Assembly (NCBI RefSeq): GCF_001194135.2
Contig: NC_069001.1
Coordinates: 23,146,868 to 23,189,600 of the forward strand
Direction: 5' to 3'
DNA length: 42,733 nt
Source: Octopus bimaculoides
Taxonomy: Eukaryota
Under the pieces are notes generated by a model that was given only the letters and a program-made list of their open reading frames with translations, was not told where the DNA came from and did not search any database. This document shows, piece by piece, positions 11,769 to 23,495 of the stretch; within the stretch, counting starts at the first letter, position 1, and each line of letters starts with the position of its first letter. A program made the translations under genes and the position numbers.

Positions 11769-12353
11769 CCCTTTAGCACTTGAAATGGCTACATCTGGCC
11801 CAAATACTCTACCTGTTTTATGTTCAAACTGGTCAGATCTGGTCTCTCATGCATATCCTACAATGTTATTCTAAAAATAAGCAATTACATCATTGAAACC
11901 TCAAAATTATGGAAATAACACAGGATTAATTCAAAACAGTATGAATAAAAAGCCTTACACTTGACAAAGATGAAGGCACATGGCTCATAGTTAGAGTGCT
12001 GGGCTCACAATCATGAAGTAGTGAGTTCAATTCCCAGACCAGGCTGTGTGTTGTGTTCTTGTGCAAGGCACTTTATTTCATGTTGCTCCTGTTCACTCAG
12101 CTGTAGAAATGAGTTGTGACATCACTGGTGCGAAGCTGTATTGGCCTCTTTGCCTTTCTTTTGGATAACATCAGTGGTATGGAGAAGGGAGGCTGGTATG
12201 CATGGGTGATTGCTGGTCTTCCATAAACAACCTTGCCCGGACTTGTGCCTTGGAGGGTAACTTTCTAGGTACAGTCCCATGGTCATTCATAACCGAAGGG
12301 GGTCTTTACCTTTTATCCTTTACATTTGACACAATACTCTGAATGCTAAAAGT
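11769..12353 (+). mobile_element. piggyBac-type MITE interrupted by SINE D
   Basis: tcaa|ccctttagca start and ctaaaagt|ttaa end; same family at 38665 and 42532. Confidence 0.7.
11967..12319 (+). mobile_element. SINE family D (tRNA head plus CORE-like domain), full length with TSD
   Basis: A box tggctcatag, B box gagttcaattcc; 12-bp flanking duplication ttacacttgaca / ttacatttgaca (1 mismatch). Confidence 0.8.
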
Positions 12354-12732
12354 TTAAAAAGCATATCTGTACTGAACTCATGAAAAATCTGCAAATACTC
12401 CACTCGGTGTATAGCTTTAGAATTGTACCTATAGTTATTAGAGCATTTGATTATGTAACTAACTGCCCAAGTGTGAATCTTGAGAGCTGCGTTTCTTAAG
12501 ACGAAGAAGATCACACTTCATCAAGTGACTACAACTACAAGCTAGCAAAAGTACTGTCAAAATAAGTTAAACATTCAAGATATTTAGCATTTAATAAGAT
12601 CCACATACGCAACGGCATTGTACATACATATATACATCTATGCATATGTACAAGCAAATACACATGCATACACAAAATGCACATGTATGTATGTACATGT
12701 ATGCATGTAAATATATATATAAGTACATATAT

Positions 12733-12948
12733 GTATGGGTGCTGAAAAGTTTCTGGCTTTAAGGTTATTGCAAAAGGGCTGTTTGGAAGCCCAACCATCT
12801 GAGTTCTTTTATAGGGCTTAGAAAAACCAAAGGACTGCTACAATAAGTGTGTGAATCTGAGAGGGGAATATGTTGAATAAAATCATAATTAACTGATTCT
12901 TCTGTATTTTCTTTTACTCAAAGCCAGGAACTTTTCTGCATCCTCTAA
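12733..12948 (+). mobile_element. Mariner-derived MITE
   Basis: TIRs gggtgctgaaaagtttctggcttt and aaagccaggaacttttctgcatcc; retains the NKCVNLRGEYVE* C-terminal remnant. Confidence 0.8.
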
Positions 12949-13513
12949 TACAACAAACATCTGAAAAGATGGAGCAATCACCATATATGATGCACTTTTG
13001 TATAATTTCTATCCGCAAGATGTTGGTCAGCCCAAGTTAACAATGGAATCCACTTAACCAAAGTGATGTGGGGTGTGATCAAGCATCTTAACTGTACAGC
13101 AATTTCTGAGCCCATTTAATATCTTTAAAGAGAATGAATTGTTGTATTTATAAAATGTAATTTTATAAAAACCAAGTAACCAATTTTAAATTTGAATTGC
13201 ACTTGTCAGTTGAAGATATTTTTGATGCAATAAGTTTTATGATCCAAAAGAAAGTGATGACAGAATTTCTGATTAAATTTCAAGTTTAAAAAGGAATAAG
13301 TGGTTTTATTTGGTTCAGCAGTTTGTCTTTCTCCCTATATATTCAATTTTAAAATTGATAAGATGACAGTGAAATTTTCACAAATTTGGTCAACTGCAAA
13401 CTTTGTTTTTAAATAATTAGCTTTTTGGATATTCCTTACCCTTGTAGGAAATCACTTTGAGGTACTGTAACCTATCCTTGATTCCTTTCGTAATTATATA
13501 CTACCATCTACAG

Positions 13514-13852
13514 CAGTGATTCCCAATGTGGGGTCTGGGAAAATTGTGGTGGCACATGGGATCCAAAATATTTCTTGTCTTTTTTTTGTTTTTGTAGCAG
13601 AACATGGAAACATGCTACACATATACTCAGCCTTGCCAAACCAATCCCTGCTGCCAAGCATACCAAGTGAAGACTGTTTGCTACAGTATAGAGCTATTCT
13701 AATGCCCTGGTGTGGATATTTCTTTAAGAAAAGTACATAACTTTGAAATATTAAAAGTAAAGTTGTTTTGTTTTTTTTCAACCGCTGGTGGGGCATACAT
13801 TTTTCTGGAAAGTTATAGTAGGGCCTGGCGAAAAATAAATTAGGAAACACTG
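13514..13852. mobile_element. hAT-Charlie-type MITE
   Basis: TIRs cagtgattcccaa / ttaggaaacactg; 8-bp TSD atctacag / atctataa, resembling NTCTAGAN. Confidence 0.8.
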
Positions 13853-14034
13853 ATCTATAATGTTTGTTAACCTTTCACATGCATGTATCATTTCATGTAG
13901 CAGATACTTTATGTTAGACTTGGAGAAAATCCATAGACACATTGAATATTGGGAATATGACAATTTCAACCTCACTGACTAAACAATACAGCAACTTTGC
14001 AAGCAGTTTAAAATAATTGCTTCAAATTTTGGCA

Positions 14035-14480
14035 AAGGCTCCGTAATTTTAAAAGGAAATGGTTTAGTATTTGACTGGTATTGTATTTTATCAACCACAG
14101 GGGAATGAAAGGCAAAGTCAGCCTTGGCAGGAATTGAACTCAGAATGCAAAGTGCTGAATTAATGCCACCAAACACTTTTCCAATGCTCTAATAACTCTG
14201 CCAGCTCACTACATTAATGGTTTCAAATTTTGGCACAAGGCCAGAAATTTTAGGAGAGAGGCTACATTGATTGAACTGAGCCCAGTACACAACTGGTACT
14301 CAATTTATCGACCCTGAAAGGATAAAAGGCAAAACTGACCTCAGCAGAATTTGAACTCAAAACATAAAATGACACACTTAAATTCCATAAATAACAAACC
14401 TAAAATTAAACTCAGAATATGAAGAGCCAGGTGAAATGTTGCTAAAGATTCTGCCAGTTGACTGCCTTCGGTCACTTTAG
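14035..14480 (-). mobile_element. Tandem cluster of SINE family E fragments
   Basis: Repeated gaaaggcaaagtc..gaattgaactcagaa and tggcacaaggcc motifs (2-3 partial copies). Confidence 0.65.
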
Positions 14481-14740
14481 ATCTTACTCTCATGTACAGT
14501 TCTCTATGTTTTAACTCCTCCTTGTTCATTGAAGGATTTGGTAAAAGAGACTAAAAACACGTATGTTTAGAATGTAATAACTTTCATGAAACCTTCTCGG
14601 TGCCTACATGACCTTGAAATGTTACGGGTCCTATCCTGTACAACCTATTTGTGCACATTTTCAAGCAGTTCATGAACAAATGTCTACCGTGGATTGGAGC
14701 AATTTATGACATTAAGAATTAAAATAATCCTTTCTAATAT

Positions 14741-14935
14741 AGGCACAAGGCCTGAAATTTTAGGGGATGAGGGAGAAAGTCAATTATATCGATCCAGTGC
14801 TTAACTGGTACTTGTTTCATTAACCCTGGAAAGATGAAAGGAAATTCAGCCTTATTGGTATTTGAACTCAATGTAATGACAGAAAAAGTGCTGCCAAGCA
14901 CTGGTATGCTAACAGTTCTGCCAACTCACCACTTT
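14741..14935 (-). mobile_element. SINE family E
   Basis: ggcacaaggcctgaaatt..tttgaactc..tctgccaactcacc, reverse complement of the 16553 copy. Confidence 0.7.
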
Positions 14936-14952
14936 AGTTGGCTCAAAATAAA

Positions 14953-14990
14953 TCATTATTATTATTATTGTTATTATTATTATTATTGTT
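14953..14990. repeat. (ATT)n microsatellite
   Basis: Direct observation. Confidence 0.9.
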
Positions 14991-14993
14991 AAG

Positions 14994-15163
14994 GTGTAGG
15001 AGTGGCTGTGTGGTAAGTAGCTTGCTTATGAACCACATGGTTCCGGGTTCAGTCCCACTGCATGGCACCTTGAGCAAGTGTCTTCTACTATAGCCTCAGG
15101 CCGACCGAAGCCTTGTGAGTAGATTTGGTAGACAGAAACTGAAAGAAGCCCATCGTATATATA
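14994..15163 (+). mobile_element. SINE family A head, running into an assembly gap
   Basis: Well-conserved head gtggctgtgtggtaagtagcttgct..ggttcagtcccactg..gaaagaagcccatcg. Confidence 0.9.
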
Positions 15164-16160
15164 NNNNNNNNNNNNNNNNNNNNNNNNNNNNNNNNNNNNN
15201 NNNNNNNNNNNNNNNNNNNNNNNNNNNNNNNNNNNNNNNNNNNNNNNNNNNNNNNNNNNNNNNNNNNNNNNNNNNNNNNNNNNNNNNNNNNNNNNNNNNN
15301 NNNNNNNNNNNNNNNNNNNNNNNNNNNNNNNNNNNNNNNNNNNNNNNNNNNNNNNNNNNNNNNNNNNNNNNNNNNNNNNNNNNNNNNNNNNNNNNNNNNN
15401 NNNNNNNNNNNNNNNNNNNNNNNNNNNNNNNNNNNNNNNNNNNNNNNNNNNNNNNNNNNNNNNNNNNNNNNNNNNNNNNNNNNNNNNNNNNNNNNNNNNN
15501 NNNNNNNNNNNNNNNNNNNNNNNNNNNNNNNNNNNNNNNNNNNNNNNNNNNNNNNNNNNNNNNNNNNNNNNNNNNNNNNNNNNNNNNNNNNNNNNNNNNN
15601 NNNNNNNNNNNNNNNNNNNNNNNNNNNNNNNNNNNNNNNNNNNNNNNNNNNNNNNNNNNNNNNNNNNNNNNNNNNNNNNNNNNNNNNNNNNNNNNNNNNN
15701 NNNNNNNNNNNNNNNNNNNNNNNNNNNNNNNNNNNNNNNNNNNNNNNNNNNNNNNNNNNNNNNNNNNNNNNNNNNNNNNNNNNNNNNNNNNNNNNNNNNN
15801 NNNNNNNNNNNNNNNNNNNNNNNNNNNNNNNNNNNNNNNNNNNNNNNNNNNNNNNNNNNNNNNNNNNNNNNNNNNNNNNNNNNNNNNNNNNNNNNNNNNN
15901 NNNNNNNNNNNNNNNNNNNNNNNNNNNNNNNNNNNNNNNNNNNNNNNNNNNNNNNNNNNNNNNNNNNNNNNNNNNNNNNNNNNNNNNNNNNNNNNNNNNN
16001 NNNNNNNNNNNNNNNNNNNNNNNNNNNNNNNNNNNNNNNNNNNNNNNNNNNNNNNNNNNNNNNNNNNNNNNNNNNNNNNNNNNNNNNNNNNNNNNNNNNN
16101 NNNNNNNNNNNNNNNNNNNNNNNNNNNNNNNNNNNNNNNNNNNNNNNNNNNNNNNNNNNN
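15164..16160. other. Assembly gap (N run)
   Basis: N bases. Confidence 1.
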
Positions 16161-16296
16161 TTATATAAATATAAACGAATAATTATATTCTTGGGAATAG
16201 AAATTTCCCTTATGAATTTTTTTACACACTGGCTTCTTGATAAAATTCTTGTAAAAGAGTTTTATCCCTTTTTGAATTTATATATATATGTATATG

Positions 16297-16319
<23 letters not shown>

Positions 16320-16327
<8 letters not shown>

Positions 16328-16545
16328 AGGTGTTTGTATTTGTCTCCCCAACATCGCTTGACAACCAATGCTGGTGTGTTTACGTCCCCGTAACTTAGTG
16401 GTTTGGCAAAAGAGACCAATAGAATAAGTACTAGGCTTACAAAGAATAAGTCCTGGGGTCGATTAGCTCGACTAAAATGTGGTGCTCCAGCATGGCCACA
16501 GTCAAATGACTGAAACAAGTAAAAGAGTAAAGAGAGTAAAGAGTG
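16320..16545 (+). mobile_element. SINE family A tail
   Basis: ccccaacatcgcttgacaacc..gcatggccacagtcaaatgactgaaacaagtaaaagagt. Confidence 0.9.
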
Positions 16546-16552
16546 ACGAACT

Positions 16553-16757
16553 TGGTAGAAACATTAGCATGGCAGAGAAAATGCTTAGCAACATTTCTTC
16601 CAGCTTTATGTTCTGAGTTCAAATTCCACTGACATCAGCTTTGCTTTTCATCGTTTCAAGGTCAATGAAATAAGTACCAGTTGAACACTGTGGTCAATGT
16701 AATCAACTTGTCCCTCCTCTCAAAACTGCTAGCCTTGTGCGTATAGAAGGAAAAATC
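16553..16757 (+). mobile_element. SINE family E
   Basis: B-box-like gagttcaaattcc followed by gcttttcatcgtttcaaggtcaatgaaataagtaccag. Confidence 0.75.
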
Positions 16758-17892
16758 TAAAACTGTTATCATTATTTTTACTGCTACTACTACCATTATT
16801 ATTATTATTTTTGTGGGGTGGGGTCTGGAGGTGGAAGTTGAACCCATGACCACTGAGAAAACTCCAAGATTGTGTGTTTTGTGTTTTCTAATCAACTGCA
16901 AATATATTGTGTATGATATTGATTTAGTTATTGCTTAGCACCATGTAGATCAACTCTAAACGAGTAGACCAATAAACAAAAACAATCTATGACAGTCTTG
17001 TCCTTTTATATATCTAGAGCTACATCATGCAATATCTCTTTTGTAAGACAACACCTTGTCTTGATAAGTTATATTTTGCTAAAATGGCTAATTTAAAAAT
17101 ATCATATCTCTGTTTTTCTAATTTACATGAATTGTATTTTATTTTTGTCAAATACTTATTAAACAGGTTGATAGTATTTCTTCTATCAAGCAGAATTAAA
17201 TATTGAAAGTCATTAAATGTGGTAATCGTAAACTTCTGCCAGTCAACCACCATAATTATTGAGTATCATTAAGCAATATTACATCAAACAAAAAAACTCA
17301 ATTCTTTAAATTCCCCCGTGTCACATTCCTGGCAAATAATGTTTGTTAATTCCTCGTTGGTTTCTGTTTCATTTTATCTCTCAACTTCTGTGATTGTTTC
17401 ATGTTGTTGACCTCTATTTAAATTACTTGAATGACTTTCTTGTTTATGTAGTCATCAACATATGTTGTTATTAGTTAACCCCACAACAACCCTGAACTAG
17501 CAGACCAATCAACAAAGAACTTCCAGTCATGACCATCCCATAGTTCTATTTTCAAACAGAGACACAATGTGTGTAATGTGTGTCTATGTATGAATTTATC
17601 AGTATAAGAACTGACAGGGATTTGGTTGTTATGTGTAGCAGATTTGAATGACTGTATAAAGGAGCCCTCATATAGCATATGAGGGCTCAGATAGCATGAT
17701 GTGCAAAAGTTACAAATTTTGTTCAACAAGTGTAGTTGTGTAGAAAGAAACTTGCCTCCAACCACATGGTTCCAGGTTCACTTGTATTGCATGGCACCTT
17801 GAGCAAGCGTGTTCTACTATAGTCTGAGGCTGACCAAAGGCTTGTGAGTGGATTTGGTAGACAAAAACTGAAAGAAGCTCATCGTAGTTATA

Positions 17893-18424
17893 TCAGGTCA
17901 TTAAGAATGAAATGTCTGATTTTGAGCTGAAAATTTATTTTACTATATCTCAACAAAAAGCAATGTAGTTAATCAAAGTATGCACCTAAATTATCAACAC
18001 AATTTTGCCATTTTATCAGTAGCTTATTTACGTTGGCAGTGAAGAATTCTGGAGAGCAAGAGGTGATGAAATAATGAAAAGCTGTTTTTGCATCTTCATA
18101 TTTGAAATTTTTTCCTTGCAAAAGGTTGTCAAATGTCTGGAAAATGTGATAGCCACTTAGTGCAAGGTCTGGTGAATATGGTGGATGACAGAGTACTTCC
18201 AAGTTCAGTTCCTGTAACTTGAGTAGCGTTCTTTGTGCAACATGTGGTCAAGCATTGTCTTGCAAGAGAATTGGCCTGTCTCTATTGACCAATCTCAGTT
18301 GTTTAATTGCAAGTTCACTCATCATTTCATCCAATTGGTTGATGTATACACCCGCTGTAACTGACTTACCAGATCTCATGAAGCTGTAATGGATGACACC
18401 AGTGCTGGACCACCAAACAAACAC
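17893..18424 (-). mobile_element. Mariner 3' half (cecropia/Hsmar1-like)
   Basis: VWWSSTGVIHYSF..LVNRDRPILLQDNA*PHVA..HPPYSPDLALSGYHIF..WQNCVDNLGAYFD*; terminal TA + tcaggtcattaagaatgaaatg. Confidence 0.9.
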
Positions 18425-18430
18425 TATTAG

Positions 18431-18745
18431 CTTATTTTATTGGTCTCTTTTGCTGAACTGCCAGATTACAGGGATGTAAACACACCAACTCCATATGTCA
18501 AGTCATGGTGGGCATAAACACAGACACAAAGACACACCACACATAGAATTAATGAATTAAATATGATATATAAATTCCAACTTTTTACTTATGTGTGTGT
18601 GTGAGAGAGAGAGAGTGTGTGTGAGTGTGTGTGTGTGGTGTGTCTTTGTGTCTGTGTTTATCGCCCACCATGACTTGACATCTGGAGTTGGTGTGTTTAC
18701 ATCCCTGTAACTTGGCAGTTCAGCAAAAGAGACCAATAAAATAAG
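18431..18745. repeat. Inverted repeat with about 113-bp arms (18431-18543, 18632-18745)
   Basis: About 4 differences between arms by manual alignment. Confidence 0.9.
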
Positions 18746-19627
18746 TACCATGCTAAGATAAAAATAGTATTGGAGTTGATTCATTCAACTAAAAATTCTT
18801 CACAGGTAGTGCCCCAGCATGGTCGCAGTCTAATGACTGAAACAAGTTAAAGATAAAAGAACAGAAAGAATAGAAAATGCATGAAGGATATTAAAATTGA
18901 AAGTGGTCTATTCCTGTTTCAGCCCTTCTAAAACTATTTATAACCCTACCCTCACAAACTTTCCATTATTTGATACAATGCTGAAAAATTGATAATTTTT
19001 AATTTCTTAATGGATATTTGAAATAAAGAAAAGAAAAATGTAAAAATTAAAATAAATTAATAAATTAGTTATTCCCTCATATATATAAATGTCAGAAAAA
19101 TAAATTGTTACATGTTTTCAGAGCCAGTTTCAATTATTTTCCATCTTGGAATATTTGTGTAGGAGAAACACATACGTAAAAGTGGAAAATGGATTTAAAA
19201 GACTTGGAATGAAATACATATAGAAAATTGACAATGAACAACTGTAAGTCCAACTTTCCGTTGATTTTACTTTTGTATGATAGCAGATAGTTAATAATGT
19301 GCACAATTCTCCCACAATATAATCTTTCCAAAGGTTATGATCTTTTATATTTTGTGATTAGAGAATATATACTGGTTCATGTATAAATACACACACTCTC
19401 ATATATACATACATACACACACACACATATATATATATGTATATATGAGTGGACTCATAGTCAAGAGCCTGTCAGTATATATGTATACAATTATGTGTGT
19501 TGATTGCAGCATCAGAGCACTTTAGCTCTTATTTCTAGCATTGTAGGTATTCTAAGACCCTCTGTCATAGTTAATGACAACTATAGTTTACTTTTTTGGT
19601 GATACATGCTAAACAGCTGCCTAATTC

Positions 19628-19659
<32 letters not shown>

Positions 19660-19663
<4 letters not shown>

Positions 19664-20735
19664 ATATACACCGGACCTTCAATAACACTGGCATAAACAT
19701 CAAATTCAAGATTGAACATCCAGACGAATCCAGAACCTTCTCTCTACTCGACTTCCAACTCAAGATCACAGAGGAAGGTGCCATATTTACCAAATTCTAT
19801 AGAAAAGCCACGAATAGAAAACTTTTCATCCACTACCAATCAGCCTTGCTCACCAAAGCCGCATACATGAGAAACGAGATTGCATGTATAAACAACAATT
19901 GCAGCAATGTGACTAACAAAACTATCAACACCAAACAGTTCCTCAGAGACCTAACTCTGAATGGCTACCCACCATCTTTAGCTAAACAACGGCACCTGAA
20001 TTACATCAAAGTCAATAAACCCAGGGAGAACCAACATACTCCCAAGTCCGGCACGTGCTTCCTAAAGCTGCCACACTTTGATGATAGAACTACTACAGTG
20101 ATACAACACGCAGTCTGCAGGGAAGGACTCGACATACAGATAGTGCACACTGGCCCTTCCCTGAGAAAAGCCCTTTCCAAGAACAACACCTCTCACTACT
20201 CCGAGGAGTGCACATTGTCGAACTGCCCCATCAATGACCCTGAATTGTGCCAGAGGACCTATATTGTATATGAGATCATCTGTGGCAAATGTGACGCATC
20301 CTACAGCAGAAGCACGACATGAAAACTGCATATACGCATTAAGGAACACATGCAGGCAGACACTTCCATGAAGAAACATCTACGGAAATGCCAGACCCGG
20401 GAATTCACAGTGCATATCAAGGCAACACAGCAGAACAGGGGCAACCTTAGAATCTCTGAAGCTATTCTCATACACCAAAAGAAACCCAAGATCAACAACA
20501 GAAGAGAGTTACAGGAAGCTAGCTGGTTGCTATAGCAACACCTTTCCACATATGTCCACTCCACACACACTCACACACATGCACATCGGCAACAGTCGTC
20601 AATTTCTTGAAAATGGGGTTGCAATCCTGAAATTTTGAATACAAGGTAAGTCAATATTAATTCACATATTTGTTTTCTTGTGATTTACCTTGCATTTACT
20701 TTGTATTGTTTTTGCCTTACCCATGATCTTTTATA
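19660..20735 (+). mobile_element. Penelope-like element, 5'-truncated (RT thumb, Cys-rich linker, GIY-YIG endonuclease, terminal repeat remnant)
   Basis: IKFKIE..SLLDF..FYRK..LNGYP, CTLSNCPINDPELC, VYEIICGKCDASY..T*KLHIRIKEH..EAILIHQKKPKINNR; begins in (TA)n and ends at (TA)n. Confidence 0.9.
20604..20639 (+). ncRNA. Decayed minimal hammerhead-ribozyme-like motif
   Basis: TTC-TTGAAAA-T-GGGGT(TGCA)ATCCT-GAA-ATTT-T-GAA, about 70 nt after the GIY-YIG stop codon. Confidence 0.4.
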
Positions 20736-22026
20736 TAATATATATATAAATAAATATATATATATATATATATAGATAGATAGATAGATAGATAGATAAA
20801 TAGATATGAGAAAAACACAGGAAAAACAATGGTTATGATATCAACTTTATTAGTTGACAGCTGCTTCTGCTATAAGACACAGTGGACTCGTATTTGAGTG
20901 CCTGAATAACATCCTATAGCTTCATTGTGCATCATCTTTATCTTATTACTACTCTATACTCATCTAACACTTTGTTCTGAAACATATATATTGAGATCTA
21001 TACCAGGTTCTTAGTCTTGCAATGCCTAAGTGAAATATATATGTATATATAGATGTAGTTATAAATGATGAGAGAAATAGTATAATAAAAATTTATTTAA
21101 CTATAAGAATATTCAAATATCACAACTAATTGTTTTGTAACTTAAAGCATGTAAAGATAATTTATATTATTATATCTAATGATAAATCGATTATTTACAT
21201 GTCTGCATTAATGCAAGAAATGTTTTGAAACGATGCAGAAATTAAGCTAAGTCCTCAGGTGGAAGAAAATATTTGTATCATATTATATATTCTATAGGTT
21301 TTGTGGAATGATACATTACAGAGCTTTTTTTATGGGCACTACCATATTACTTAAGTCCATATATTGTGACTTGAATATATGTGTGTGTGTGTGTAAAACT
21401 ATATATTATAAAGTAAAAGCAAGAAAAATTACATCATCACAGAAGATAATATATGTCCAGAATAATATTGTATTAATAGATAAATATATAAATATATAAA
21501 GTATGACTATTTAAAATGTTTGAAATATCTTATGAGCATTTCATGAATGTATTACCCTTTGAAATGAAATCTAAAATTGATAATCATTAATAGGTAATAC
21601 ATTCACTCATCAGAGAAAAATTGTGAATTTCTGTGTAGTCAATTGAACGCTATTTAAAAACATATGATAAAGATGTTGTTTAAAAAAGTTACTGGCATAG
21701 ATGTGCATTGGTACAAACTCGGGCTAAAAATCTTGAAGAAATAATATAAGTCCATGGTGAAATCCTCTGCAGTAATCCATAATGGCTGTGTGTAGATATA
21801 AATCCCATAATTCCATTAACTGCAGTATGTGATCAATAAATGCAAAAAATAAAAGTGGTTAAATTTTTGCTTTTATAGTTATATATAAAAAACTGGAAGA
21901 TATCATTATTATATTTCATGCAAATGTAAAAATAGCAGTTTACTGACCCAATATAGAATAATTTAATGTGTTATATTTAAATTTTTATATTAAAATCAAT
22001 TTGTTGGTCATTTGAGGTGTACACCT

Positions 22027-22620
22027 CTAATGGTCATGTGCTGCATATGGATGAAGTGAAATGTGTGAAGAAGTGTCACACCCTAACATTGGAAGGAACC
22101 CGTGGAAGAGGGAGACCTAGGAAGACATGAGATCAGGTGGTGAAGCACAACCTTCAAACATTCAGCCTCACAGAGGCAATGACAAGAGACCAAGACCTTT
22201 GAAGATATGCTGTGATTGACAAAACCCAGCAAGTAAAGTGAGATCACAGCCATAGCCTATTTCAGTGTCACATAGCCAGCCCATTTAAAAAGTACCCTTG
22301 AATCATCAGGTGATACACTGCACTTGAGAAGACTTAGTGAGTCAAGTAAAATGAAAAATCAAAAGCAAATCAAGACCGAAATAAAATGGAAATTGTAGTT
22401 GTGGCTGATGCCCGTACTGCCTGACTGGCTCCCGTGCTGGTGGCACATAAAAATTACCTACTACACTCTTGGAGTGGTTGGAATTAGGAAGGGCATCCAG
22501 CTGTAGAAACCTTGCCAGATCAGACTGGAGCCTGGTGCAGCCTACTGGCTTGCCAGCCCCCAGTCAAACCATCAACCCATGCTAGCATGGAAAACAGACA
22601 TTAAACAATGATGATGATGA
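22027..22620 (+). mobile_element. RTE-clade LINE 3' end
   Basis: GHVLHMDEVKCVKKCHTLTLEGTRGRGRPRKT*DQVVKHNL..; 3' UTR and (GAT)n tail. Confidence 0.88.
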
Positions 22621-23079
22621 TATATATGCATGTACGTACGTATGTATGTATGTGAACACATGCACAAACACATACACATACATATGTATGTTTATTAATT
22701 TTTACTGGGAAAAGATTGACAATGACTTCAAAGCTTCACCTTGTTTGCTTTCACCAGATAGTCTAACAGATGTGAGCAGACTGAAATTTTGAAGTTACTG
22801 CTATTTTTTTTTTTTTGTATTAGTAAAATTTAGAAAATATCTACTCTACTAAAAATTATTGAGTAATCCTACAGTTTATTGCCAAATTGTTTCAAAATAT
22901 AATTCAGCATAAAAACAAACATTAATATGTACATCAATCTTATAAAGGTAATAACACTTGATCTTTCTGCTGTTTTCAAGGCTATACTGCATTCAAAATA
23001 TTACCTTCTTGTCTGTATAATGTATACACACGATGATGATGATGCTGCTGCTGATGATGATGATGATATATATCACGCA

Positions 23080-23326
23080 ATTTGGCACCCGTGCAGTGGC
23101 ACGTAAATGCATCCCGGTGTCATGCAAATGGCATCTGTTTTGGTGGCACATAAAAGCACCCATTACACTCTCGGAGTGGTTGGCCTTAGGAAGGGCATCC
23201 AGCTGTAGAAAACCATGCCAAATCAGACTGGAGCCTGGTGCAGCGTTCCAGCATGAAAGCCCAGTCAAACCATCCAGTCCATGCCAGCATGGACAACGGA
23301 CGTTAACTGATGATGATGATGATGAT
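23080..23326 (+). mobile_element. RTE LINE 3' UTR fragment
   Basis: Same 3' UTR and (GAT)n tail as the other copies. Confidence 0.85.
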
Positions 23327-23352
23327 ATACTATATATATATATATATATATA

Positions 23353-23495
23353 TAAGGCAGTGAGGGGGAAAATTGTTAACATTGTGGGCAAAATGCTTAT
23401 CAGCATTTCATCCATCTTTACATTCTGAGTTCAAATTCTGCCTAGGTTGACTTTGCCAATCCTCTTTTTGAGGTTGATAAGCTAAGTACCAGTTG
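23353..23495 (+). mobile_element. SINE family E fragment
   Basis: aaggcagtgag..aaatgctt..ctgagttcaaattctgcc..gttgactttgcc. Confidence 0.65.

Larger units (their letters stand above)
17735..18862 (+). mobile_element. SINE family A with a mariner fragment and an inverted duplication inserted between head and tail
   Basis: Head at 17735-17888, tail at 18632-18862. Confidence 0.65.

Noticed and set aside
15115-16182. 355-aa ORF
   Set aside because: Artefact of translating N bases.
17969-18202. SETMAR gene
   Set aside because: No SET domain, an in-frame stop, third catalytic D changed to G, and a TIR present; it is a free mariner fragment.
21693-21819. Possible minus-strand host exon (NGIMGFISTHSHYGLLQRISPW..)
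   Set aside because: The acceptor is plausible but the donor is weak, the peptide is not recognisable and there are no partner exons; RNA-seq would be needed.
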